Below, one piece after another: positions 41,284 through 54,204 of a stretch of 64,000 nt of DNA. Numbering within the stretch: position 1 is the first letter of the stretch; the number at the start of each line of letters is the position of its first letter. The position numbers were made by a program, and so were the translations under genes. The DNA lies in assembly GCF_006345805.1 (NCBI RefSeq), contig NC_043013.1, forward strand, positions 14,322,001 to 14,386,000. Reading direction: 5' to 3'. The notes beneath the pieces are model-generated. The model saw only the letters and a list, made by a program, of their open reading frames with translations, ran no database searches and was not told where the DNA came from. This DNA comes from Octopus sinensis (taxonomy: Eukaryota).

Positions 41284-41679
41284 ATGAGGGTGTCCAAGAG
41301 ACACCAACATGCCGAAATAGCAGTCGAAATTCTGACTATAAAAACCACGTTAAGTGTTCATATCGTACCATGAGATAAGACAGAGGGACAAAATATACAA
41401 GCAAAAGTTATTGAATAATTCAAGATCTAGGATTTCTAGTTTTGCTTTAAATAAGCTTTACCGTCATCAATTGAATATATCAGGGGTATGACGGTAAAGC
41501 TTATTTAAAGCAAAACCAGAAATCCTGGATCTTGAATTATTCAATAACTTTTGCTTGTATATTTTGTCCCTCTGTCTTATCTCATGGTACGATATGAACA
41601 CTTAACGTGGTTTTTATAGTCAGAATTTCGACTGCTATTTTGGCATGTTGGTGTCTCTTGGACACCCTCATTTTTAATT
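41276..41679. repeat. Near-perfect palindrome: 192-bp arms, 20-nt spacer
   Basis: 41276-41467 versus 41488-41679, three mismatches counted by eye. Confidence 0.95.
41419..41475 (-). ncRNA. Candidate type I hammerhead-like motif at the palindrome centre
   Basis: TTCAA-TTGATGA-CGGT..AC(T/C)A-GAA-ATCCT(A/G)GAT-C-TTGAA; stem I TTCAA/TTGAA. Confidence 0.4.
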
Positions 41680-41778
41680 GTTAAAAATTATTACCTTTGT
41701 ACGGTATTTTTTCATGCTGGCCACTTGATAATATTGATACTTAAATATCGATATTATCCTCATATATAAATTTATATA

Positions 41779-41813
<35 letters not shown>

Positions 41814-42048
41814 ATTATATATATATATATATATTAATGTAACATTCACCAATTAACAGTTGATAATGATGCGTCGAAACAATATAGTGATTTGTAATAA
41901 TGCCAGTTCAATCCAGCTCGTATTCTTCTTCATTTTGCCTTTCATCGTTTCGGAGTTGATAAATTAAGTACCAGTTGAGTATTGGGGTCGATCTAATCGA
42001 CTGCTCCCCTCCCCCAAAATTTCGGGCCTTGTGCCTAGAGTAAAAGAG

Positions 42049-42104
<56 letters not shown>

Positions 42105-42878
42105 CATGGAAATTATATCACTTTTGATATTTTCTAGACGGTAGTCTTTCAATTCCAATATACAATTCTATTCGCAAGCATCCACAATGCTTTAAATGAA
42201 TATTAAATTTGGTACTTCATTGGTACTTTTGGCACTTACTTTTATCAGTGGTAGAACGGTGAAAGGTAAAGTTGAACCCAGCAGTATTTGAACTCAAAAA
42301 ATAAAATGCCACAACAACCACAAACATTTTGCCTATCGCTCCAGCGGTCTTGAAAACCCACTCCTTATAGAGTGCGTTGATTAGAGCAAGTTTTAGCAAC
42401 AATTTTTTTAACAACCTGTGAGTCTCCCCCGTTGCTTCGCTTCAATTCAGTTTGCTACAGGAACCGACAACCATCCATTAGGATTTGCGTTGCATTTTCT
42501 TTTTGCTTTCTGTTTATACAATATCTATGAATAAAATTCCGATTTCCTGAGAGAATAGTATATTAGTTTTGTCATCGACCAATTATTTTGTCTATTTAAG
42601 TTTTATTTTATGATGCAAATGTAATGCGGTGCACTGGCTTCTTATTGTAAATGCATGGGCAGCCGACGAGAAATGTTCTTAGTTGTTTGTCCAAATTCAA
42701 CAGTTACAGTCATGTTTGCGTACAAAATTTGTAAATTTCGTAAGGGGGCTCATCAGTGGCTTGTTCAGTGATTTGCTGGTTTGGGCTTTGTTGATGATGA
42801 GATTTCAAGCTTTGTGCTAACATGTGTGTGTATACAATTATATGCATGTTTACATACATACACACATACATACATACA

Positions 42879-42959
<81 letters not shown>

Positions 42960-43001
42960 ATATATATAATATTTTTTTATTTGTAAAGGCGAAGATCGGT
43001 G

Positions 43002-43054
<53 letters not shown>

Positions 43055-43827
43055 GTAAATAGACAAGCAGATAGATGGAGAGACAGACACCCAGCATATG
43101 TAGAGGTTAGAGATAACAGAAACTGAATATTTCAGTATAAATTCTGAGATGTCACACAGAACACATCTCACACACAGCTCGTAGAAAACCTTCCCCATAA
43201 CCCCCCCACACACACACACACACACGAGCGCATATATGCCACATACATATAAAATACTCCACCACCAAAATCATCTTCATCACCAACCCAACCAAAAAAA
43301 AAAAAAAAACAGCAACAACAACAGAAACAAACAGCAAACATAAATGTAGACACACCTCACAGACACACATATACACACATTTTTGACTATGAGACAAGAT
43401 GCTCGTCAAGCACTCAATTGTAAGCAAATATAAAATTAAACGTGGGTTAAGGAAACGAAACGTAAACGAAACGAAATCAAACACATTCCTAACGATTCAT
43501 TGAACTATTATTCTAAATAACATCTTCTCATACTGATGAGAACCTAATATGTTAAAATATTCCTCCAAGGAACAATTTCTTAAATGAAACTCGCCATTCA
43601 TTTCATCAATCTTCTTTTAGTCGACAAATCATTCGGAAACACACAATCTGTTATTCAGGTAAACCTAACATCCGCAATAACCGTCATTCCATTATTCAGA
43701 AACTTCGTTATACCACATCCGTTTTATCTTGTCAATATTAGAGCTATCACTCTGTCTTTCTGTCTGTCTGTCTGTCTGTCTGTCTTTCGGTCTCTTGTGA
43801 TTGTGCTTGTATGTTTGTGTTTGTTTG

Positions 43828-43868
<41 letters not shown>

Positions 43869-44480
43869 GGGAGAGAGAGGGAGAGAGAGAGAAAACAACG
43901 GATGAGAATGTCACAAAGAATCGAGAGAAATTGAAAGTTCCGATATATCCTTATACTTATGTATATATATGTGTGTCTATGCATGTATATATGTATGTAT
44001 ATACATATATGTCTGTCTGTCTGTATGTATGTATGTATATATATATATATATATAAATGTACATATGTATGAAAGCAAGCAAGTTTCTATGCCTCTATGC
44101 ATGTATGAATATAGAAAAATAAATGTGTATATATTTATGTTGGTAGATATTATATACGGATGCATGTATACACATGTCTATGTATGTGCGAATGCAAAAC
44201 TGTTCGTCTACACATATATGTATATGTGTGTATGTGCATATTTTGTGTACTGTGTACTTTGTACATATGTGTGCGTATGTATATGTATATATATGGATGT
44301 ACGTATATGGTACACATTTGCATATGCAATTTATGCCACATATATCATCAAATTCTTAAGAGTATCGAAACGTAATCCCTTATCGTAGTTAGTTCCTGCT
44401 TTTACAATGTTCGAATCGCACCTAAGTCGACTTCCGTCTCATTGTTTCTGTTTCAGCAAAAAAATAAATAAATAAATAAA

Positions 44481-44957
44481 GAGCTGCGACTCTATTCCCT
44501 GGAACGAAGGCGGGAGAGGCCTGCAGTGATATATATTTGGAAGGTACTGGAAGGACTGGTACCAAACTGTGGAATAAATAGCTATACCAGACCACGAACA
44601 GGTCGTCACTGTGCTCACCCCACTGTGCCGACTGCTTCATCTCGGGTAAGGACGATATACTGTAATAGCTTGGGTTTCAGGGGCTCACAGCTGTTTAACA
44701 ATCTGCTGAAGCATCTGAGGAGCCTCCATGGAGTGGATGTAGACGTTTTCAAATGTGAACTTTACCTCTGACTCGCCGAGATCCCGGAGGAGCCAATATC
44801 TAAGCAATAAAACTCAAAAGAGGGCAGTAGCATCGAACTCCATCCTTCACCAAAAGCCGCTATGACAAAGGTGGAGAGTGGAAAGATTATCACAATGGCG
44901 GTGCTCCAGCATGGCCACAGTCATTGGACTGAAAGAAATAAAAGAATAAAAGAATAA
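44481..44957 (+). mobile_element. CR1-clade LINE 3' fragment (subfamily with (AAGAATAA)n tail)
   Basis: ELRLYSLERRRER..VIYIWKVLEGLVPN..CNSLGFRGSQLFN, then GGCGGTGCTCCAGCATGGCCACAGTCATTGGACTG. Confidence 0.9.
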
Positions 44958-45252
44958 CTAGCAATGGAAATATTTTGAAAAAAAAAAGATTTATTTGTAA
45001 GATATGTATGCATCTGAGTTCTTTGCTTTCTGTCTACTTAAACCACGAAGGCCATACTGGAGCTTTACTTTGAGCTTGTCATGCATGCTGATGTGTATGT
45101 ATATAATTTTTAAGAAATATGATTTAATCTGTACTTTCATATGCCTAATTGCATATGTTTATATATGTATATATGCATATATATGTATTCATATGTATAA
45201 ATATACATGCATCATACATACATACATACATACATACATAGAAAAATTCAAA

Positions 45253-45326
45253 GGCTTGCTTTCGTCCAATGGCAGAACGCCTGTCATGTCCTACTGAAGA
45301 TGTGGTCTCGAATCCCACCGGCAGTC
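45253..45326 (+). pseudogene. Degenerate tRNA-like (Asp-like) sequence or SINE head
   Basis: TCGTCCAATGG A-box-like, GCCTGTCATG anticodon-arm-like, GTCTCGAATCCC B-box-like; stems broken. Confidence 0.3.
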
Positions 45327-45366
45327 TTTGACTTTTCTTTCATATCTCTCTCTCTCTTTATATATA

Positions 45367-45450
<84 letters not shown>

Positions 45451-45479
45451 AAAGAAATTGAATTACTCAGCGGGTAATC

Positions 45480-46320
45480 GATGATGTTTGCCCATCTTGC
45501 AATGGTTTGTAATTTGTTCGACATCCACTTCTTCGTCTTTTCTTTCGCCGAGGCATAATCCTTATTAAATATTCCTTCCGATCTCAAGGCCGAGCAATTC
45601 TGCATTTTTAACCAACTGCTTCGGCAAAATAAGCAAAATTAATTACTCCGGTCTTTTGTCACCAGTGATGTCATCAAGCGAAGGAATGTGTGTGTTAACC
45701 GCGACCACTCTCTCAAAACCATTCCAAAATCATTTCACGTTAAGAAGACCATGTGGTGCATATGGCAGGACCGCTCTGGGATTATTTGCCGGGAAATCAT
45801 CGCACGAGATCGTCACACATTTTCTGTTATTGGTGAGATGAAAGCGTAAGAGATGTAAATGGCCTATTCCTGACAGAAATGGAAAACTGCAGCACCGTGT
45901 TAAGAGTTGCGTTTATCTGGCTCAACTCAACCCCTTGGAAGCCAATATCAAAGCCAAACGCCCTCAATAAAAATCACATAGTTTCACCATGACAGCACAA
46001 CGCCACATGTCGAACGACAAGTAATCCAAGCAATGGAAAACAAAAGATAGGAGCTACTTGAGCCATAGACTATCACGGCAATCGTTCACTAAAAATTTGG
46101 CAGGAGGGTAAAGCCTACAGTGAACGAACTTGTCGCTGGCGTCAAAGCGTAGAGCGCATCCAAAGATCGTCAGGTTTTTACATTTGGTATCGACCTTCTG
46201 CCAAGCAAATGGGAAGCAATTATTGAAGTGGACAACGACAAGGCTCCAGAATAATGATTTAAATATATTTTCGAATAAATTTAGAATAAAAAAGGTCGTA
46301 CATTATGCACCAACACATGT
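45480..46320 (+). mobile_element. Decayed mariner transposase, 3' two-thirds plus TIR remnant
   Basis: FVTSD, FHVKKTMWCIWQDRSGII, HDSTTPHV, GIDLLPSKWEAII; ends CATTATGCACCAAC. Confidence 0.8.
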
Positions 46321-46351
46321 ATATAAGCACATGTATGAATATACAATCATA

Positions 46352-46416
46352 GGGATTCTTTATTCCTATATTCTTGTTTCAGCCACGCGGCTGCGGTCAT
46401 GCTGGAGCAATACCGT
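46352..46416 (-). mobile_element. Isolated CR1/SINE-A 3' tail joined to U6
   Basis: CGGTATTGCTCCAGCATGACCGCAGCCGCGTGGCTGAAACAAGAATATAGGAATAAAGAAT. Confidence 0.8.
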
Positions 46417-46420
46417 GGTA

Positions 46421-46524
46421 TAACTATGGAAGCGTCCCGAATTTGCGTGTCATCCTTGCGCAGGGGTCATACTAATCTTCTCTATATCGTTCCAATTTTA
46501 GTATATGTATTGACGATACAATGG
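46421..46524 (-). pseudogene. RNU6: U6 snRNA pseudogene
   Basis: ACATATACTAAAATTGGAACGATATAGAGAAGATTAGTATGACCCCTGCGCAAGGATGACACGCAAATTCG..TTCCATA; ACAGAGA box mutated to ATAGAGA and AGC triad to AGT. Confidence 0.92.
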
Positions 46525-46531
46525 TGTATAT

Positions 46532-46584
<53 letters not shown>

Positions 46585-46628
46585 TATATATACGTAGCTA
46601 TCTAAATACACCAATACACGCACACACA

Positions 46629-46862
46629 GACGGCAAACAGGCAGAAAAGATAGCACGCCGGGCGAAATGCGTAGCCGTATTTCGTCTGCCGTTACGTTCT
46701 GAGTTCAAATTCCGCCGAGGTCGACTTTGCCTTTCATCCTTTCGGGGTCGATAAATTAAGTACCAGTTACGCACTGGGGTCGATGAAATCAACTTAATCT
46801 GTATGTCTATCCTTGTTTGTCCCCTCTGTGTTTAGCTCCTTGTGGGTAGTAAGGAAAGAAAA
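46629..46862 (+). mobile_element. Family B SINE monomer, tail 1
   Basis: Near-consensus core and tail. Confidence 0.9.
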
Positions 46863-47407
46863 ATACACGCACACACATACATACACACACATTTCAAAAT
46901 TTAAACAGATTACCCTGATCAAGCTATTAATGTACCCTTCAGGGTGTAATTTTGTGTATTTACTTAACCTTTATCTTCATAGCGTTGATGATCATGTAGA
47001 TGATAGAGCTATATAAGTGTATGTGTGCATGTGTGTGTTTATGTGTGTGTGTGTGTGAATGTATGTATGTGCTCAGAGAGAAAAAGAAATCGTGAGGGAG
47101 AGAGTGTGTTTATCGATATTGATTAGGTTTTGCACTTAAAATATATATATATCATACATATATATGTATCATATATATATATATTTATATATATACACAC
47201 ACAACTAAAGATATGTATATATACACATATATACATATATACATTTACACAAACATACACACACACACACATATATATATATACATACATATGTATACGT
47301 ATATATATATACACACACATACTCATACGTATATATGTACATATATATATATATATATTCACATATGTGTATGTGTCTGTGTGTGTGCGTGTGTGTGTGT
47401 GTGTGTG

Positions 47408-47459
<52 letters not shown>

Positions 47460-47916
47460 CTGAGTTTAATTTACAAAAACTTTCACATGTTTACATCCAT
47501 CTTATAAACTCCTCAGAGGTTGGCGTATTTAAATTTCGCCTTCTAATTTAATTGTCGTACAAATAGAAGAATTCCCGCTCGACTCTGCATATGTCTCTGT
47601 GCATTAGTGTGTGATTGCACGTGTGTGTGTGTAATTGCATGTGTGTGTGTTGTGTTACTATATATGCGTGCGTATTTAAGGTGGCGAACGTCACTTGGTG
47701 AAATGAATATTTGAAAAACATAAATAAGAAATGCGAATTTGTAATTAAATTAAAACTTGAAGATGCAAAAGTAGAACAATTAAAGATTAAGGAAGAAGTG
47801 ATTCTTCTTCTTCTTCTTCTTCTTCTTCTTCTTCTTCTTCTTCTTCTTCTTCTTCTTCTTCTTCTCTTCTCCTTCTTCTTCTTTTAACCTTTATATATAT
47901 ATATATATATATAGGT

Positions 47917-47955
<39 letters not shown>

Positions 47956-47959
<4 letters not shown>

Positions 47960-48085
47960 AGGCTCAATGGCCCAGTGGTTAGGGCAGCGGACTCGCGATC
48001 GGAGGATCGCGGTTTCGATTCCTAGACCGGGTGTTGTGTGTGTTTATTGAGCGAAAACACCTAAAAAAGCTCCACGAGGCTCCTT
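47956..48085 (+). mobile_element. Subfamily C2 SINE head, 3'-truncated, after (GT)n
   Basis: Shares the diagnostic TCGGAGGAT and GGGTGTTGT with 36828. Confidence 0.85.
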
Positions 48086-49452
48086 TAGGGGGTGGATGAT
48101 GATGATGATGATGATGATGGTGTTAGTGGCGGTGGTGGTGGTGGTGGTGGTGGTGGTGATGGTCGTGGTGGTGGTGATCTACGTATTGCATGAAACATCT
48201 AGGTTTCTTTCTCTAACATTTTATACACAATAAAATAGGAAATTTTAAAAGTCGTTTCTATAAAACTAGTTTCTAACCATCGAACGGTTATGAGGGGTCC
48301 ACCAGAAAAAAAAATAATAATATCCAATCCAAAGGGGTCCATAGATAAAAAAAAAAAAGAAAAAAACCTCAAAGCAGTGCCCCAGCATGGCCACAGTCAA
48401 ATGCTTGAAAGAACTAAAAGATGAAAGATAACACACACTCACACACGCATAACACATATGCACATGTACACATACATGCACACAAACACACATACATCGA
48501 TATTGGCCTTATTACGATAAGCCAAAGCACATGTAACTTACTTGTTTTTTTCTGATCAAAGGAAATATTTCTTGTTTTTTATCCTCATACAGATCAAACA
48601 AACACCTTAGAAAATCAGGTAAGAAAAACATGAACTTATTTAATTTCCCTATAAATATTTTATCTTTGTTCTCAGTTTTTGTAATTTTTTTTCGCTAAAA
48701 CGGCTATTTTTTTTTTTCTTTTCATTTTTTTTTTTTACTGTTTTTTTGGTGATTGCAATCTGTTTTGGTGAAACGCCCGAATGGTGATAAGTTTGGATGA
48801 AATTCAAAGTAACGTTAAGATAAAAAAAAAATGTGATAGAAATAAATATAAATACGGGTAAAGTGGTGGTGGCCACGGATCAGTAATCAGCAATGGTTCT
48901 TACAATATTTCAACGGTGACTACAAAGAACTGTTGATGCGAAGGAGGTAGGAGAGAGCGACTCAGTATGTGTTGTTGTTAATGATGGCGGTGTTGGTGGT
49001 GGTGGTGGTGGTGATAGCGATTTTGGCGACGGCGGTGGTCATAGTTATAGTGACAGTGATAGTGGTGGTAGTGGTGGTGGTGGTGGTGGTGATGGTTGTA
49101 CTCGTGGCAGCAGTGGGCTGGAGATGTTGGTTGTGGTGGTGGTGATAGTGGTAATGGTAGCCTTGGTGTTGGCAACGGTGGTGATGGAGGAAATGGTGGT
49201 GGCCGTGGTAGTCGTGGTCGTGGTGGGAATGGTATTGGTCGTGGTGGTGTTCGTGCTAAGCCCTCCAGTCAGCCTTGTCTGAATAGATCTGCGATCAAAA
49301 GTGCTACAGCCGTGATCATCCTGTCTGCTATTTTCCCCCCTTTTTCCTTTCATTTTTTGTTCGTTTGTTTGTTTTGTTTAACAAATACGTTATTTAACAT
49401 TATTTACATTATTTAAAATTGACGGATATTTGTCTTCATCTTATTTGTTGTT

Positions 49453-49498
49453 AACACAACGCTTCGGCTGATATACCATCCAGCCTTCATCAGGTGTC
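49453..49498 (-). ncRNA. Candidate minimal hammerhead-like motif in a Penelope-type terminus
   Basis: GACAC-CTGATGA-A-GGCTG[10]CAGCC-GAA-GCGT-T-GTGTT. Confidence 0.5.
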
Positions 49499-50029
49499 TT
49501 GGGGAAATTTTTTGTCGAATCATCACCAACAATCCCTACACTCAACAAATTGAAGTACCTGGACATGGCTGACTCTTATATTTGTGTATTTATGTGGAGA
49601 AGGAGATACGAGAAAGATAATTTGTTTTATAAAATCCTTGAGTGTATTGCAAACATTCGCTCTTGAATTCTTTTAACTAATAAATGTCTGTTTTAAACAA
49701 TGTTTTGACTGTTATTTCCAGCCACGCCTGTTGGTTTGTTCGTAGTTATAAAATATTTAATTTGCTCGCAAATGTTTTAATATTAACTTTCCTCGTGTAT
49801 ATTTTAAAGTTTTGTCTGTTATTTCTAGCATCTCCCGTTGGTTTGTTTTTTCGAAGCTTTTAAATATTTAATTTGCTCGCATATCTAGTCTAATGTTTTG
49901 ACATACCGATGCCCGACCCACCGCCTGATGGTGGAAGAGGTAACCGAACGAGCTGTTTTCTGATTGGCTGAAAATTATTTTGAACACCTGTAACATTTTT
50001 GCAAAACTTTTCTGGAATAAATGAATAAC

Positions 50030-50438
50030 GGGCGCAGGAGTGGCTGTGTGGTAAGTAGCTTGCTTACCAACCACATGGTTCCGGTTCAGTCCCACTGCGT
50101 GACACCTTGGGCAAGTGTCTTCTACTATAGCCTCGGGCCGACCAAAGCCTTGTGAGTGGATTTGGTAGACGGAAACTGGAAGAAGCCCGTCGTATATATG
50201 TATGTGTGCATATGTTTGTGTGTCTGTGTTTGTCCCCCCACCATTGCTTGACAACCGATGGTGGTGTGTTTACGTCCCCGTAACTTAGCGGTTCAGCAAA
50301 AGAGACTGATAGAATAAGTACTAGGCTTACAAAGTATAAGTCTCGGGGTCGATTTACTCGACTAAAAGGCGGTGCTCCAGCATGGCCGCAGTCAAATGAC
50401 TGAAACAATTAAAAGAGTAAAAAAGGAGAGAGTAAAAG
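50030..50438 (+). mobile_element. Family A SINE, full length, young
   Basis: Near-consensus copy. Confidence 0.95.
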
Positions 50439-50914
50439 TTTCGGATTCAGAGTTAAAAATTACATCTATATGATGCATTAAAAAAAATCTTTTTCAAGAT
50501 AATTGTAAACGGTGACGAAAACCACAAAGATTCTATCTTTGAATTTAAAAAGGTCGATAATATACCATAGAATCTACTATCACCTTTATTCACGAATCAG
50601 ATTTTTAGCCATCGGCCTTAGGATTGGTTAAATCATAAGAGCGACAAACGAAACACATCGCTGGGTTTATTTCGGCTCTATAAGTTCTGTGTTCAAATTT
50701 TACTGAGGTAAAATTGGTTTTCTATCATTCCTGGGTCGATAAAATACAGTGGGCCGACTCTACACTAAATATCGCCCCCATTCCACACTAAATTTGCTGC
50801 CTTGTGATTAATTTCCACTAATAATATTTACCAATTATCATATTACTTATTAATTATACATAAATATGATTATAATTAATTCCAACTGATATACCTATAT
50901 ACATACCTACATAT

Positions 50915-50969
<55 letters not shown>

Positions 50970-50970
50970 C

Positions 50971-51003
<33 letters not shown>

Positions 51004-51011
51004 ATATATAT

Positions 51012-51061
<50 letters not shown>

Positions 51062-51094
51062 GTATATATATATATGTATATATATATGTATATA

Positions 51095-51163
<69 letters not shown>

Positions 51164-51849
51164 AGGGTGTATGCGTCTGCGTATGTCTATGTAGGTATGA
51201 ATATGTATATGCGTCTGTGTGTATGTGTGTGTGTGTGTGTGCATCATAACAGACATAGATAGATTGATAGATAGACAGACATACATGTAAGTATGTTAGT
51301 TATGACGATGGTGATGATGATGATGATGGTAATTATCATGTTAATGAAAGAGAACAAACAATTAGAAAATTACATAGACCAGAAAATTACTAAAGTATTT
51401 TAGATGAGACAGGGTTAGAGAGATAGCATTAAATAGAAGTATAGAACTTGAGTCAACAAGTACAGAAAACGGTTCTTCAGGTGTGAGATATAGGGCGGGG
51501 CATACTTATATTTATGCATACATATATATCATTTATTTACCGACGCACATACACAAACATAAACGAGCACAGAAGCACATATACATACATATATGTACAT
51601 AAACGTACACATGTATATTCATACATGTATGATACACACTCTCACGCATACACTTATATTGTTGACGTCATAAAAATTTTCGGAATTTTCGAGAGAACGT
51701 GAAATAATTATTCTTTGGCCTCATCTTTCCCGAAGCACATCACATACAGCTACAAATTATAGGATGTAAATTTGGCATGAGCTGGAAAACCCGTTTTGGA
51801 TTTTAAAAAGCGAACGTTTGTATTTGTTATAGGAACGATTTAAACAACT

Positions 51850-52306
51850 GGCGTGGCTATGAGGTAAGAACCTTGCTTTCCAACCACATGGTCCCAGGTT
51901 CAGTCCCACTGCGCGGCAACTTCAGCAACTGCTTTCTACTATAAACTTTTGAGTAGATTTAGTCTTCTTCTATAGCCTTTTGGGTGGTATTTATTGGTAG
52001 ACAGAAACTGAAAGAAATTCATTATATGTATAGAATATATGAGTGAGTATGTGTGTTTGTCCCCCCCACCCCACTATTGTTTAACAAACGGTGTTCCACA
52101 AAAGAGACCGATGGAATAAGTACCAGGCTTAACAAAAAGTAAATCCTTGTGTCGATTCCTTTGACTAAAAATGTTTTAAAGCGGTGCCCCAGCATGGCCG
52201 CTGTCTAATCACTGAAACAAATAAATGGTAATATGCACACACTAAAGGCAGTGCTCCAGCATGGCCGCAGTCCAATGACTGAAACAAGTAAAAGAGTAAA
52301 AGAGTA
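51850..52306 (+). mobile_element. Diverged family A SINE with a second, younger 3' tail appended
   Basis: Two successive GGTGC(C/T)CCAGCATGGCCGC tails at ~52180 and ~52250. Confidence 0.8.
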
Positions 52307-52350
52307 CACATAGCAAGTACATACACTGATATATTTATACACACATAGTT

Positions 52351-52752
52351 AAGGCGGTGAGCTGGTAGAAACGTTAGCGCGCCGGGTAAAATGCTTTGCA
52401 GTATTTCGTCTGCCGTTACGTTCTGAGTTCAAATTCCGCCGAGATCGACTTTGCCTTTCATCCTTTCGGGGTCGATAAATTAAGTACCAGTTACGCACTG
52501 GAGTCGATGTAATCGTCTTAATCTGTTTGTCTGTTCTTGTTTGACCCCTCTGTGTTCAGCCTCTAGTGGGTAGTAAAGAAATATGTACTTCGTCTGCCGT
52601 TACGTTCTGAGTTCAAATTCCGCCGAGGCCGACTTTGCCTTTCATCCTTTCGGAGTAGATAAATTAAGTACCAGTTGCGTACTGAGGTCGATCAAATCGA
52701 CTGGCCCCCTCCCCCAAAATTTCGGGCCTTATGCCTAGAGTAGAAAAGAATA
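52351..52752 (+). mobile_element. Family B SINE dimer (tail 1 + tail 3)
   Basis: Second monomer starts at 52584 and ends CCTAGAGTAGAAAAGAAT. Confidence 0.9.
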
Positions 52753-52785
52753 TATTATGTACCATCATCACCACACTACTACTAC

Positions 52786-52821
<36 letters not shown>

Positions 52822-53109
52822 TACGTCCACTACCACCACCAGCACCACTGAAAGCTCGGAAGAAACTAAAAACCGAAAAGTAAAGAATTATCATAACAAA
52901 CAATTACCACAGCAAGTGCGATACAAACAGCAATAACAACAACGACTATGTTTTCTGCAATAACAACAACTACAACAAAAAATATCAGAATGCAGTATTT
53001 ACAGAACAAATTATCGACGGCAACAACACCAGCAACTATAAATGTATGAAAAAAATATGCAGACTACTAACCACTACTAACCACTTTTTTCTTATTAATA
53101 TCGGTTTAT

Positions 53110-53496
53110 AGGCGGCAAGCTGGCAGAAACGTTAGCACGCCGGGCGAAATGCGTAGCCGTATTTCGTCTGCCGTTACGTTCTGAGTTCAAATTCCGCCGA
53201 GGTCGACTTTGCCTTTCATCCTTTCGGGGTCGATAAATTAAGTACCAGTCGCGCACTGGGATCGATATTAATCGACTTAATCCGTTTGTCTGTCCTTGTT
53301 TGTCCCTTCTTTGTTTAGCCCCTTGTGGGTAGCAAAGAAATAGGTACTTCGTCTGCCGTTTCGTTCCGAGTTCAAATCCCGACGAGGTCGACTTTACTTT
53401 TCATCCTTTCAGAGGTCGATAAATTTAGTAACCAGTTACATACTGGGGACGATCTAATCGACTGCCTCCCCCCACTGCCTTGAGTAGAAAAGAATA
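53110..53496 (+). mobile_element. Family B SINE dimer (tail 1 + tail 3)
   Basis: Second monomer starts at 53343; TSD AATAT(C/T)GGTTT at 53097-53107 and 53493-53503. Confidence 0.9.
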
Positions 53497-54204
53497 TTGG
53501 TTTCGGATCTCTTCTATTTAGCTGTCACTTTTCAATTACTTGAAAATTTCTTCAATTTTATTCCAATTGATTATGGACATGAAATTTATTTTCGCCATAA
53601 GTCAATAACTAAACAGTTAATAACTTTTAAAATTTGCAAATTTGGAGTGGTTTTAGCCAACCGAAGGCCAAATATATATAGGTGTCTGTTTCCATAGTAA
53701 CAAGCCAAGCGTTGGAAAAGCGTTCATGAAAAACCACCTATTTACAAACTCATCTTTTACACTGTTTTTCGGTTTGTGTCCATCTTTATCTGCTCTTAAA
53801 ATTACAAAATGTGTTGTTTACTTTTTTATTATGCGTATTGAATACGTAAAACTACAAAACATGTGATGTTTACTCGTATATTTTTTCTTTGCATATTTTG
53901 ATTATTCAATGCTTAAAACACATGCTATCGTCGCAATATTGACGTTATTGTTTTGTAGTTTTCCGATTGCAGTCAAGTACAAATGACATATTCCAAATCA
54001 TGTTTTCTAACTGGGTAAAAATTATCAAACTTTAAACCACTGTAACTTTGTTTTGTTTTGTTTTGCTTTTATTTTCTGGAATAAGTGAATTGCAGCCTGA
54101 GTTTCAGCGTGGAAAATTACATCAATACATCAAATTTGAACATTTTCACAAAATTTTTAAATTTCAAAAAACTGAAGTCAAGCAGAAAAGATCTTTGTTT
54201 CAAA

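Noticed and set aside
41855-41900. TTGATAA..GAAAC hammerhead-like string
   Set aside because: Only a 2-bp helix II and no proximal stem I.
46335-46526. Possible TSD (ATTGTAT..ATACAT) around the U6 chimera
   Set aside because: The match is interrupted, AT-rich and overlaps the U6 5' end, so it is not usable as evidence.
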